A DNA stretch of 50,429 nucleotides from Ancylonema sp. (lineage: Eukaryota). Positions 39,991 to 50,429 of this stretch are shown here, in pieces. How positions within the stretch are numbered: position 1 is the stretch's first letter; the number at the start of each line of letters is the position of its first letter. The stretch is taken from the NCBI GenBank assembly GCA_050230475.1, contig JBFLGF010000182.1, positions 1 through 50,429 of the forward strand. Reading direction: 5' to 3'. The translations under genes were made by a program, and so were the position numbers. The notes beneath the pieces are model-generated. The model worked only from the letters and a program-made list of their open reading frames with translations. It was not told the DNA's origin and did no database searches.

Positions 39991-40799
39991 GCATTCCTTC
40001 CACTGGCATACCACTGGCATGCACACCAATCATGTGTACACACTTTGTCCGGCCAACCGTCAACAACCTCCCTAGACGACCTCCTCCAAGAGTGTGCGCA
40101 ACCCCAACACCGGGGTTCGCCTACCTACTATTGGGAAACCGAGACGGATGGCTCTCGGATGCGAGGGGGATCCAGCCCGGGCTAGGTTTAAGGCGGAGTT
40201 ACAAAGCGGTTCGGAGTTTGCGCCCAACTACCGACCCCCGGCCACACTTGGTTTGAGGTTGTGCACTACGACGTCTGCATTAGGGAACGGTGTACATGTG
40301 GGAGGGGTAGTACAAAGGATGTAGTGTGGAGCCCATAGGGCTCTTTAACACTTAGTTGCTTAATATTTTACATACACAACTCAACTTATTACTCACATAG
40401 CATGATAGCCATCAAGTCATACACATTGAAGTCAATATGTCGGTTGGCAAGTGGGTGCTGAAGATCGCAGAAGCTTTGTCAGCTAGGGACTTCACATCCT
40501 GAAATATTTGCACTCTCACCTCATTCGGTAAGGGTGCATCTCGGGAATGAGCCGACGTTTCCTATTCAAATTCGTGTGATTGTGTTGCTTCGGGTGTGTT
40601 CGGCTGGCATGTGTATGTGCATTTTGTTCTCATTCGGATTTTGCATTTGAATGTGTGAACCCCATCCAGAATTGATATATATAAACAAAAGCTTTCACAA
40701 TCATCGTAACACTTCGGACATGTCATGTCTAGGCCAAAACATTGCCTTGACTTTGGGGAGACCAGTGATTTACGTTTGGCATAACCTAAGTGCTAGTGA

Positions 40800-41128
40800 G
40801 GTGTTGGCGGTGGCCATTAGTTGTATCGCATGTGTATGATGCGGACTCGACTAGAATATATTACATGTGTGTGATGAATCAGTGTTTCTCACGTGTGTGG
40901 TGTATTTATTGACGCCAACACCACATGAGTATGTGTTGTGTCGTAGCATCTATCATAGTGCCATCTCACACGTGTCACAATGTCGTTCTCACGGACGTCA
41001 TTGTTGCATGCACCACACACGTGCAAAATCACATATCACCACATATGTGTCCGCTCACAAGTGTGGCATGATCTAGTCCAGATCCGCATCATACACACGC
41101 GATACAACTAATGGCCATCGCGAACACC
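40800..41128. repeat. Long imperfect inverted repeat (fold-back)
   Basis: Arms at 40800-40855 and 41072-41128 (tggccattagttgtatcgc.tgtgtatgatgcgga); inner pairing cacgtgtgtggtg / caccacacacgtg. Confidence 0.88.
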
Positions 41129-41213
41129 ATCACCCCAAAATCCCAGACCACCCCTTAATTTACCGTAGTTCGGGTCTTTCGTACAATTACAACGATATTT
41201 AGGTCCATGACAT

Positions 41214-44065
41214 CTACGGATTAGATCTGTCTCCCGCACCACCAGAAGCGGCACTTTTCTCACCAAGCCACGCGAAAATGTCCTGCCACCAAAAAGAATT
41301 GCAATTCAATGTCCAGAATCTTGGGCTGGCCAGACCTTAGAGTTGTGCACATGTGAATGCCCACAAAACCCTCTTTGCGATCACAGAAAACCTTGTTGAT
41401 GGCTCTAGGTGACGAGTTTCACAACCCAAAAAGGGAAACAACATACAAGAGCTTATCTCCCTTCCATCGTTTGCCTCTCGCTTAAAAAAAGGGACCTAAA
41501 CAGAGAAGACGGCCACATGCATTCTGCAGAAGAGTGAGGAGGCATAGCATGCATAGCCCTCTGAGTCGCCCCTCCACAAACACTTGAGGGACGGATTCAG
41601 GCAACAAGGATGCACACTCTATTTTCAAAGACCCCGATTGAGATTAAGATTGAGATCCTATCCCCACCTTGAACACAATCTCCACATTCTCATCTGGTTC
41701 GCCCTCAGTCAGGCTGTGCCACATCTGGAAGGGGGAGGAGAAAACAACACATCATACCAACCATCGCTTTGCATCGAACAGCCACATGCTTTCCTCAGTT
41801 TTTCATAGGGCGAGTGAGACAAGTCTAGTGCTGTATTCGATTCGATGAAATGGTGAGTGGAAGGGGGCGGCCTACATCCGGGTAGAGTTTGAAGGTTTTG
41901 TCGCTGCTGGCCGCCTGCTGGTGCAGGGCTTGGCTGACTGTAGGGTCAGTGACCGTATCTGCCGCCCCGTGCAGCAGCAAAAAGGGAATGGTCACCTGGG
42001 GAAGGGCCAGGTTCAGGTTCAGATTCAGATTCAGGCTTAGATTCGTCATCGCGTCAGATCACGTCAAGGTCAGGTCAAGCTGAGAGACAGTGAAGGAGCG
42101 TGAAAGCAAAGGCTCCGTTTCCTATCTCCCCCTGCCACCAAAAAGCCGTCAAACAGTGAGGCCGTGCCACAATGATTGCAGCCCATCGGATTGGTAGATG
42201 CGGTACGCAGTGTGAGGTCACACACTCAAGACAGCTGGAGACCTGTGGGGCCCACCTCTCCCAGCCGACTCTCGATGTCACTACTGGTGTTGAGGAGGGT
42301 GACAGCCGTTGCCAGACGAGGTTTGGCCGTGTAACTGTACGGATTCCTTCGCACCTGCACCCCCCCTCACAGTACATAGAAACATCACTATCAGACACGC
42401 TGAACGGACTCACCTCGTGCGAGCCACGGACTCACCTCTTCCCGTTTCTCAGGCACTCGGTAGGCAGCATCGACTATGTCTTTCGAGGGCACTATTTGCC
42501 AGGTGGGAGCGAAGAAGGCCAGGCGCTTCAGGACAGCTGTCACAGCAGCAGGAGGCTTCAGAGCTTCCGAAATCTGCAGCCGCCGAGTGTTCATGAGCAG
42601 CGATGGCGAACGACGAAGACACCAAAGCAGGAGCAGCTGAATGTGGTCCTCACCTTCACCATGGGGGCGATGAGCACTGCTCCCGTCCAGAGAAGAGGCT
42701 GTCGGCGGTGGATGAGAAGAGCTACGGCGCCTCCCATGGACTCCCCGTAGAGGAACCGCGGCTTGGACACATACTCCGCCTGGTCTGCCCACAGGAGGCA
42801 CACAAGGTGCACGAGGTAGAGGTACAGCTGTCATGGCACTGGCTATGCGCTCTTATGAGTGCAGCTGGCGAAACATTTTCGCCCGAAGAGGTGATCCATC
42901 ATCCATCATCCATCATCCATCATCCATCATCCATCATCCATCATCCATCATCCATCATCCATCATCCATCATCCATCATCCATCATCCATCATCCATCAT
43001 CCATCATCCATCATCCATCATCCATCATCCATCATCCATCATCCATCATCCATCATCCATCATCCATCATCCATCATCCATCATCCATCATCCATCATGG
43101 GGACGGATGGTGAGTGCCAGGCATCCAGTTAAGAAACTGACTCGGAAGTTGAGCCAACCACAGGCGGTGCTTAAGAAATGAGGAGCAGGTTCCTCACCAT
43201 GAATGGTCTTGAAGTGGGCGAGGCAGTCATCCACGAGAGGATCCATACTCTTCAGCAGCGCCCTCATACCGTCTGACTTCCCATGGCCTTCGAAATCGAT
43301 TCCAAAAGCACCGTATCCATTCGCTGCCAGCCTGAGACCAGTGCCTGCTCCCAACAGCAGCAAGCGCATCGAAGTTGGATGAGGCTCGCTCGTCACAAAC
43401 ATTGGGGGCAAAGCAACACAACTCCCCTTCAGTGCGAGAGCCTGACAGAGGCAAACCGTAGAGTCTGCCCGCTTACTCAGCTCTTGCCTGCTAGTGTCCC
43501 TGACAAGCCCTCACCTTGCCACCAGAGGCCGCAGTCCACCCCATAACCATGGAGTAAGAAAACGAGGGCCTTCATCTCTCCACTGGCCGGTACCCAGCTA
43601 CAAGTGGAGAGTTTCATGCCTCTGGAGTTTGTGATGAATTCCTGGAGCAAAAAAAACTCGGTTCAGATTCGTATTTTTATATGCAATATACTGAGAGCCT
43701 GCCAGCCAGATCTCGAATATACATGTAAAGTCTCTGTCATAGATTTCTCGACTGGCATTCGGGGATGCTTTGCAGGAAAAATAAACTGCTGGAGAATTTC
43801 ACCTCCGTGTGGCGAACATTTTTGGACGCCTGCGACCCAAGACAGCATAGTGCATTGCGTCAACAAGAGCACGCAGGGGGGGACAATGCGTTCAAAAAAG
43901 AAACGGGCGTCACTGAATATATACTTAACATGCAAACAATAAATTGGGGGAAGAAATATGAGATAATCAGTGCGTGATTAGGAAAGGAATGAATTAACAA
44001 CGACTACATCAAAGTGGCTGGCTTACATATAACTCTTCCGTGAATCTAAAGTCTACATCCGCCAT
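41214..44065 (-). CDS. Monoacylglycerol lipase / caffeoyl-shikimate-esterase-like alpha/beta hydrolase (9 exons)
   Basis: EFITNSRGMKL..CSW.P, LVFLLHGYG, IDFEGHGKSDG, RFLYGESMGGAVAL, GAVLIAPM, KPRLATA, PFLLLHGAADTVTDP, DKTFKLYPDMWHSL, DIFAWL; Ser-Asp-His triad intact. Confidence 0.92.
42894..43098. repeat. (ATCCATC)n 7-mer tandem array, intronic
   Basis: About 29 perfect units. Confidence 0.97.
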
Positions 44066-44211
44066 TAGGAAAAGGCTCAATCTGAAATAGGCGCCAGAGG
44101 ATGAAGTGAAACAATACAGATGCTCTCAGTGGCAGCAGAGAGAAATGCAATTTGAGCGAGCAAAACACGACTTTGCAGTTGACCAAAGAGCGCCCGAGTG
44201 CTGGTAACGTA

Positions 44212-44566
44212 CCGTACTGATCCGAATTCATCTCGCAACGCTTTTTTTTAAAATTAATTAACCTATCGCGCAAAACGCATCTCGCAATGATTGATAATAT
44301 GTACTTTTTGTACTTTTTTTGTACTTTTTTGTACTTTTGGGACTTTTTTACTGGTAAAACCCTTTTTTAAGGGTTTTATAATACACCACTTTCACTTTAC
44401 AAACACCTTTATAATACACCACTTTCACTTTTTTAAAGGCATTCAATTAATAAACTGATCGCGCAAAAGACGTCGCGCATCCCAAATGATTATTAAAACA
44501 CATCGCGTAAAGGTGATCGCGTAGACCGAATAATTATTTTTGCGCGATGATCTCGAGGCACTACGG
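44212..44566. mobile_element. MITE (CCGTA family), same family as 712-1321
   Basis: TA-ccgta...tacgg-TA (44210-44211, 44567-44568); TIRs match at 20/27 positions. 44445-44566 closely parallels 1201-1321. Confidence 0.85.
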
Positions 44567-44782
44567 TATGTCAAGGTAGGCATATCACGCGATAGGCATT
44601 ACGTGATATGTGCCAATAACGAGTGTGCCCCAAACGATTTTTTTTCCTGTTGAACAGCTGCTGCATGTCAGATTTTTAATTGGTCCCCCACGTTCTCGCC
44701 AAACCACCTACGACATCCCCATGCCGCAGTTGATCCAGGGCTGGTATTTTGCCATGTCTTTCCGGCTGTCTCGTCAATACTG

Positions 44783-46972
44783 ATGGCTTTGGATCCTCCG
44801 TGCGAGGTTGTTAATCTGTCCTCTGGTTCGGACGGCGAACAGCTGTCAGAATCACTTAACCTGGCCAAAGGACGGTCAGGATCCCATTCCTCAGACTATT
44901 CGAGAAGACGGTCTCATTCCCTCGATCTTCCCTCGTCCGCTGTAGTGCCGGAGTTCAGTCCGCATCCGGATTTGGGAGATCCCTTATTACCCTCATGGCG
45001 CCCCTATGCGCGAGCTCGGGGTGGCGTGTCCGTCCACGCAAACCACGCGGACGGCCAGGAGGCGTTAGGGCTGGATATTGAGGGTGATATGGGGCTCAAC
45101 GGGTACGCTCCAAATGATTTCTGGACACCGAGCGTCCAAGGCAGAAGGAAGCGACGAAGGAGGATGCAAGGCACTATCAAGCCAGCGAATGAGGAGGGGG
45201 TAGATGTGTCTGACCCTCATCGGCCGAATCCATCGAGTGCAGTGGAGGTTCGTGCCGTAGAAACAGATGAGGTCGATGGGAGGGGTGCACAGAAGGACGT
45301 GGTTGGCGGGGTCTGGAATATGTTAGGGGAGGATGAATTGCGGGCGTGCGAAGAATGGCTCGCTGAGGTGGACTGCCCGAGGAAAGGAGGCGCTGAAGCA
45401 AGAAGACGACGGTCCGCTTGCGAACACAGAGAGGGGGTGCCCGTCGGAGAGGTCAAGGAAATGGGAGGATACGAGGGTCCGCAGCACGAGGGCATTGGGA
45501 AGAGCACAGCGGCAGAGGCTGTAGTTGATGCAAACGATGCTTCCGACAGCGACTCTGACTGCTGCATGCTGGAGGGGGATCCGAATAAAGAAGAGGATGG
45601 CGGGGGCGGGGTGGAGGAAGAGGATGATGGGGAGATCCTGGTGACGGGAGAGAAAGGACCGGTGAGTGTGCCCTCTGCAACGAGAAAGAGGGCAGGAATG
45701 GTCGCAAGGGGACTGTAACTGGTGATTGTAACAAACTGGGTGCTTTGTGGGGGTGCCCCAGGTCGCCTGCCGGGACTTTCCCCATGCTCGCCACAACTGC
45801 GCGGCGCACCCGTTTGGGAAGTCGGAGCACCAAACCCACTGCCCAATGGTGAGTGCCAGCTGTCCGTACAAGGGACGAGACAGGAAAGGACGCACTGATT
45901 GCAATCTCCCCCCGCCCCTCCGCAGTGTCACTGCTTTGTGTGCGATGTGGTCGCCCCGTGCGGCTCCTGGGATAACCACTGCCACGCCTCTGACGCGGAC
46001 AAAAAGTGGAACGCGGACCGGGCGCAGAAAAAGAGAAAAGAGAAACTGCTCAGCTTGGGGCTCCCTTCAGGCCCCCCCCCCCTCTCTCAAATCGAGCGGC
46101 TCTTCCACGCGCACATGCAGCGAGCCGTGATGCAGCTGGTGTCCCAGGGGAACCGGGGGGCGGGGGAGGGGCCTAAACCATCCCAGGCCATCAGAACCAG
46201 GCCTCCGGAAGTGGAGCCATCCTGGAGGTGGGGAGTGGGCAGGCCAGAGGCTGGGCCCCATCCTGGGCTTCATTGGAACAGGGTGGGGCCCAACGGGGGG
46301 GGGGGGGGGGGGGGGGCACGGGAGCATCCGCAGCCCTGCCCAGTTGGAGCAGGTGGCAGTCAACAGTGGGTCACTGCGGCCCTGGAGGGGGTGGGGGACA
46401 GCAGCAGCAGCGCAGCTCCTGCCCCCCCTCTCCCACACTCACACTGGGGGGAGGTGAACGGGAGGAACGGACAACATCCTGCTCAAGAGTCTGTTCCCCA
46501 GCCGCCCCCACCGCCTCAACCTGAACCCTACGACCCTTTCTCTTTCCCGCCCCCTCTGTATGGCGCACCAATCAATTCCTACCAATCCTGGCAGCCTCGC
46601 CCCCCCCCTCCCCCCTCTCTGGATCCCCATGTACAGTTCCTGCTGGGTGTGACACCCCCCCCCCCCCACCACCACTCCCACCCTCAGGCATACACCTCAG
46701 TACCACCTCAACCCCACCCTCTTACCCAAAACTTGCTGCCAGAGGGGCAGAGGACAGATGTGGGAGGGTACCTTCCGAGAGTGGCAGGCATGGCGAATGG
46801 GAGTGCCTCGCTGGCAGCCGCCAACGGATACGGAAACGCCGCTTTCCAGCAGCAGCATGCCAGCCTGTCGAAGGGTGGTGGGGGGGCGGAGCTGGGGTGG
46901 CAAATCGAGGGGGGCCAGTGGCAGCCGAGGAGACCGTGGGGGGCGGGAGGGGCCAGGTGGGGGGGGACTTGA
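44783..46972 (+). CDS. RPM1-interacting protein 13 (RIN13)-like Cys/His-rich protein
   Basis: Exons 44783-45661, 45762-45848 and 45926-46972 give ILVTGEKGPVACRDFPHARHNC..HPF...H..HC.MCHCFVCD..APC..W..HCHA. Confidence 0.85.
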
Positions 46973-48966
46973 ATGGGTTCGAGTGCTGGGCTTTGGGATT
47001 GGGGGGATCGTACCATCTGGAGCACACTCTCTGTATAGGTGTATGTGTATAGGTAGGCAGGTGTGGCGGCAATGGGATGAGCCTAGGGCGACAAGCTCTG
47101 GCAGAAAGGGTTCATTGAGGTTGACACACGATGGGTTGTATAGTGGCACAAAGGTGCCTGTTTGATCAGTGTATCGGAGTGACGATACACACCCATGTGG
47201 TATTGCCCTCGGGCAATACGAGGATGTGATGGCAAAGGAATTCATAGTATACCATGTCGGTCCACAGCCACCACATCATAAATACACTTTTTGGCCCGGA
47301 TTTGTGCGATAGGAGATTGATTTTGTGAAAGATACATCGACACACATCTACTACAATTGCGCAAACAAATTTGGCTCTTACATCCTTTTTTGGTGATCTG
47401 GCACACGAAAATTAATGCACAAAATACCAGAATATGACAAGCATATCCTCTCAATGTTTTTTGTCAAAACCATCTCAGCAAGAGATTAAAAAAAAAAAAA
47501 AAAGTGATCGTGTAGCTCATCGACTTTTTTAAAACAATGCCGCCATTCAAAATGAGCGAAGTCCATGAGCGGAGTCAATAGATTCGCCACATGGTGTAAC
47601 CAATCATGTTTGCAAGATGCGGAATATAAGCCCTCCAGTAAGTGGCATTAGTTGACATGTTTACATTACGTACAACGTAAGTCGGCGCGAGTTGGGTCTC
47701 GCACCACACGCTTCTCTATTAGATATGGCCCATATGTGTCGCGAGTTAAAACAAAATAATTGAACATAATTGATCATAGATCATGAGCTAATGTTTTTCG
47801 GTACTCTTGAAGTTCGGCACGACACGCATATCATGCTTTCGATGTAGACCGTAGCGACCGCACACAGGACATGCCATAGTGGAAGCCCGATACGGCTTTT
47901 TCTAAAATTTGGACGACTGATATTGATAAGTCGACTTTGGTAGCCAAGTGAGCCATATCGGACGTGGCATGATGTACAACTAGAAGCAATTGATGTACCA
48001 TGTCGAATGCGCACCAATCAGCTTGCGTCCGAAGTCGCTAATACCCCACATCCGTGCTTGCGAGCAAGGGCGTGCACAATGTTTGGTAGACCCACTCGCT
48101 ATGTGCGAACCGCACAAGACCTTACTACATGTTTTTCGCGGTCACAAATACCCAATTTTACATCTTGTAAAGCTGTTTTAAGACTCATTTTGAAGCTCGT
48201 CATCGTTCCTTGGTCAACGAAAATGAGGAGCGTGTTGCAACTTGCACTTGCACTTGATGATTCGATTTGATGTATGACTCGATAACTTGCACCTCCTCTC
48301 CTCTCTATATTTGCAATAAGTCTTAATGCAACAGATTTATGTCTATCGATTTGAGGGCATACTTGTCGTTGTATTGGGCTACTACTTCAATCGTACATCA
48401 TGCAACAAAAGTCTTGTATTGCAACAAGCATGTATGGCGGGATGTGTCTACAACAGCGTGCACTCGAGATCTCTTTGTTGGGCGGAAATGTGTCTTGATG
48501 TGTGAGGTGAGATGATGTGGAAAAACCATTCCAGCAATCCGTCTTCACTTCACGATTCATGTTGTGCGCATTGTGTCTTGTTTCACTCTTTCCTCCACAT
48601 ACGAAGCACACTAGGAAACCAAGTCATGCCTCGACAACCTCCATCTGTTGCCAGCACAGCCACCCAAGGAGTCTGTGTGGCGGACACATCCAATCTCATA
48701 CGGCTCAACTCGAATTCAGTATCGAAGTGAACATACCATAATTTTCATGATGTGCGCACGCCATACCACTGGACAAAGTACACAAATGTATCTTCAAGAT
48801 CGATGGAACACCGCTACGTTGGTTTACTCGATTACACAAAAGAAAGAAGGTGCACCCACTCCAATGAAAGAAACAAGAGGACCCTTTCTCCCAAAATATA
48901 TACATGCAAGTGGCCCCTATAAGCCTCAAGAAACTTACCTTCACTTCGTTGGTTCTAGGCGAGAAA

Positions 48967-50255
48967 TCAAAAATGTCGCTTTGCGAGGGCTCGAACACGA
49001 GTGTCAAATGCGGGAGAAACAATTTTTGACCCCGGCACATATAAAGGATTCATGAGGACCTGCAATCATGACAATCTTGACAATCTTGTCAATCTTGACA
49101 ATCTTGACAATCCTGACAATCTTGACAATCTTGACAATCTTGACAATCTTGACAATCTTAACAATCTTGACAATCTTGACATCGCTTCGTTCCACCACAC
49201 CATCTCTCACCGACCGGATCCGCGCCCTAGCCCTAGCAACAGCGCAGCAGAACTCGGAAGAACATACCAACATTGGTCGTGCCAGCGGCGCAGTACCTTG
49301 AGGTAGAGGTCGTGCACTTCTTGGAAGAAGGTGCGTATTCCGTCCTCGTTGCGCGCATCGTGGAGGAGCATGAGGCGCGTGTGTCCCGCGGTCACGTACA
49401 CGGAGACCAGGAGGTCGTTGAACTTGTCCACCACCTTCAGGTACCTGCAAGGCAGAATGGCAGAATGGCAGAATGGGGCGCCATCCATTATGGGTTGAGG
49501 GGCGGCATTCGCTGGTGCTCGCAGTGATGACTGGACTGTGCGCAAACCTGTGGGACAATCGGGGGCCGTGTGACCGAGTAGGGACAGACCACACCTTGTT
49601 TCATGTCAGGTGGTGATGCTAGTGGGGTGAGATGGGGTGACTGGGCTGGAGTCGAAGGGGGAGAAACGAGGACGTACATGGTGTTAGTCGTCCATTCCAC
49701 ATCCTGGACGATGTCAAGAGCCGCGTGGAGAATGAATTGGTGGAGGTGGGCAGCCTCGTCTTTCTGCATCATTCGGATGTGAACGTGGCAATTGCTGAGT
49801 GGGCTGACACTCTGGGGTGGGACACGATCCGTGAATACAGTGTGGGGGTGTTGGAGAAGAAGGTGCGCAAGTGATTGTGGATGGTTGTTGTGATCTCGAC
49901 CGACATTGGCAGATCTAGCTCCGTGGTTGGCGAAATGATTTGTGTCAGGAAGCACCCAACAAAATTCCAACATGCGATGGCTTGAATCTATTATTTGAAT
50001 GCAATTCTCTGACACATTGTCATGGTCAGCTGCGACCTTGGATCCAGAGACGGCGCAGGAAGCATTGGCCCGTTGTCTGCAACTGCAGACGCAGTAACGA
50101 TACCATCATTTCATCTCGTCGTTCAACGCATACTGTCGTTCATTCTGACAGCACAAAAACATTTTGTATCTCACCTTGGCGGCCGTACCCACTTCCGTTT
50201 CGTAGATTGGGTTGTCGTTGCGGCTTACGATCACGAAGCACGCCGTTCCAGCCAT
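48967..50255 (-). CDS. TRAPPC2: TRAPP complex subunit 2 (sedlin/Trs20)
   Basis: [23 protein letters not shown] | [21 protein letters not shown] | [27 protein letters not shown] | [26 protein letters not shown]. Confidence 0.96.
49070..49181. repeat. (GACAATCTT)n 9-mer tandem repeat next to the last TRAPPC2 acceptor
   Basis: About 12 units with few variants. Confidence 0.95.
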
Positions 50256-50429
50256 CACAAGTCAGTATCGGCCACCCGACACATAGAGCACTGACACTAG
50301 GATATGAAGCTGCTGAAGATGGGCGCGTCCTACGATGAGCGACTAGGGAGGGTAGAATACTACAATTGACCGAAGTTCGGCAAGCAGTCCCTGCCAGAAG
50401 CACTGGAGGCTCTGGGGGCTCTGGTACAG

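Noticed and set aside
40160..40200. Telomerase RNA template or U12 snRNA (minus-strand gccttaaaccta)
   Set aside because: It is not a CTAAACCCT template, no pseudoknot follows, and the U12 similarity stops after about 10 nt.
41161..41220. Tiny CCGTAG...CTACGG element
   Set aside because: Only a 6-bp match, the right end overlaps the hydrolase stop codon, and there is no right-hand TA.
42603..43181. ORFs with IIHHPSS repeats (also HTHT, LDN and VKI repeat ORFs elsewhere)
   Set aside because: These are translations of intronic microsatellites.
47780..48900. Decayed ORF or TE in the RIN13-TRAPPC2 spacer
   Set aside because: Manual translation gave stop density near random and no recognisable motif.

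Overview
Gene-dense, intron-rich eukaryotic nuclear DNA from a green plant lineage. Gene families and composition suggest a streptophyte alga (inference; the species cannot be determined). Eleven spliced protein genes were reconstructed by hand: ODR4-like (+), chloroplast ATP synthase subunit b' (-), class-3 lipase (+), SLOW GREEN1-like TPR protein (+), KRI1 (-), At3g12940-like 2OG-oxygenase-fold protein with an apparent C-terminal ARID-like domain (-), DXR (+), MAP4K-alpha/STE20 kinase (-), monoacylglycerol lipase/CSE-like hydrolase (-), RIN13-like protein (+) and TRAPPC2 (-). Main oddities: (1) three in-frame TAG codons inside otherwise intact conserved exons of two genes; (2) TA-flanked CCGTA/CAGTA-ended MITEs sitting in 5' and bidirectional promoter regions, next to a pogo-like transposase remnant; (3) many 3' splice sites preceded by G-runs rather than pyrimidine tracts; (4) two fold-back or structured segments near 40-41 kb. 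Homology calls come from motif recognition, not database searches, and exon boundaries are manual.
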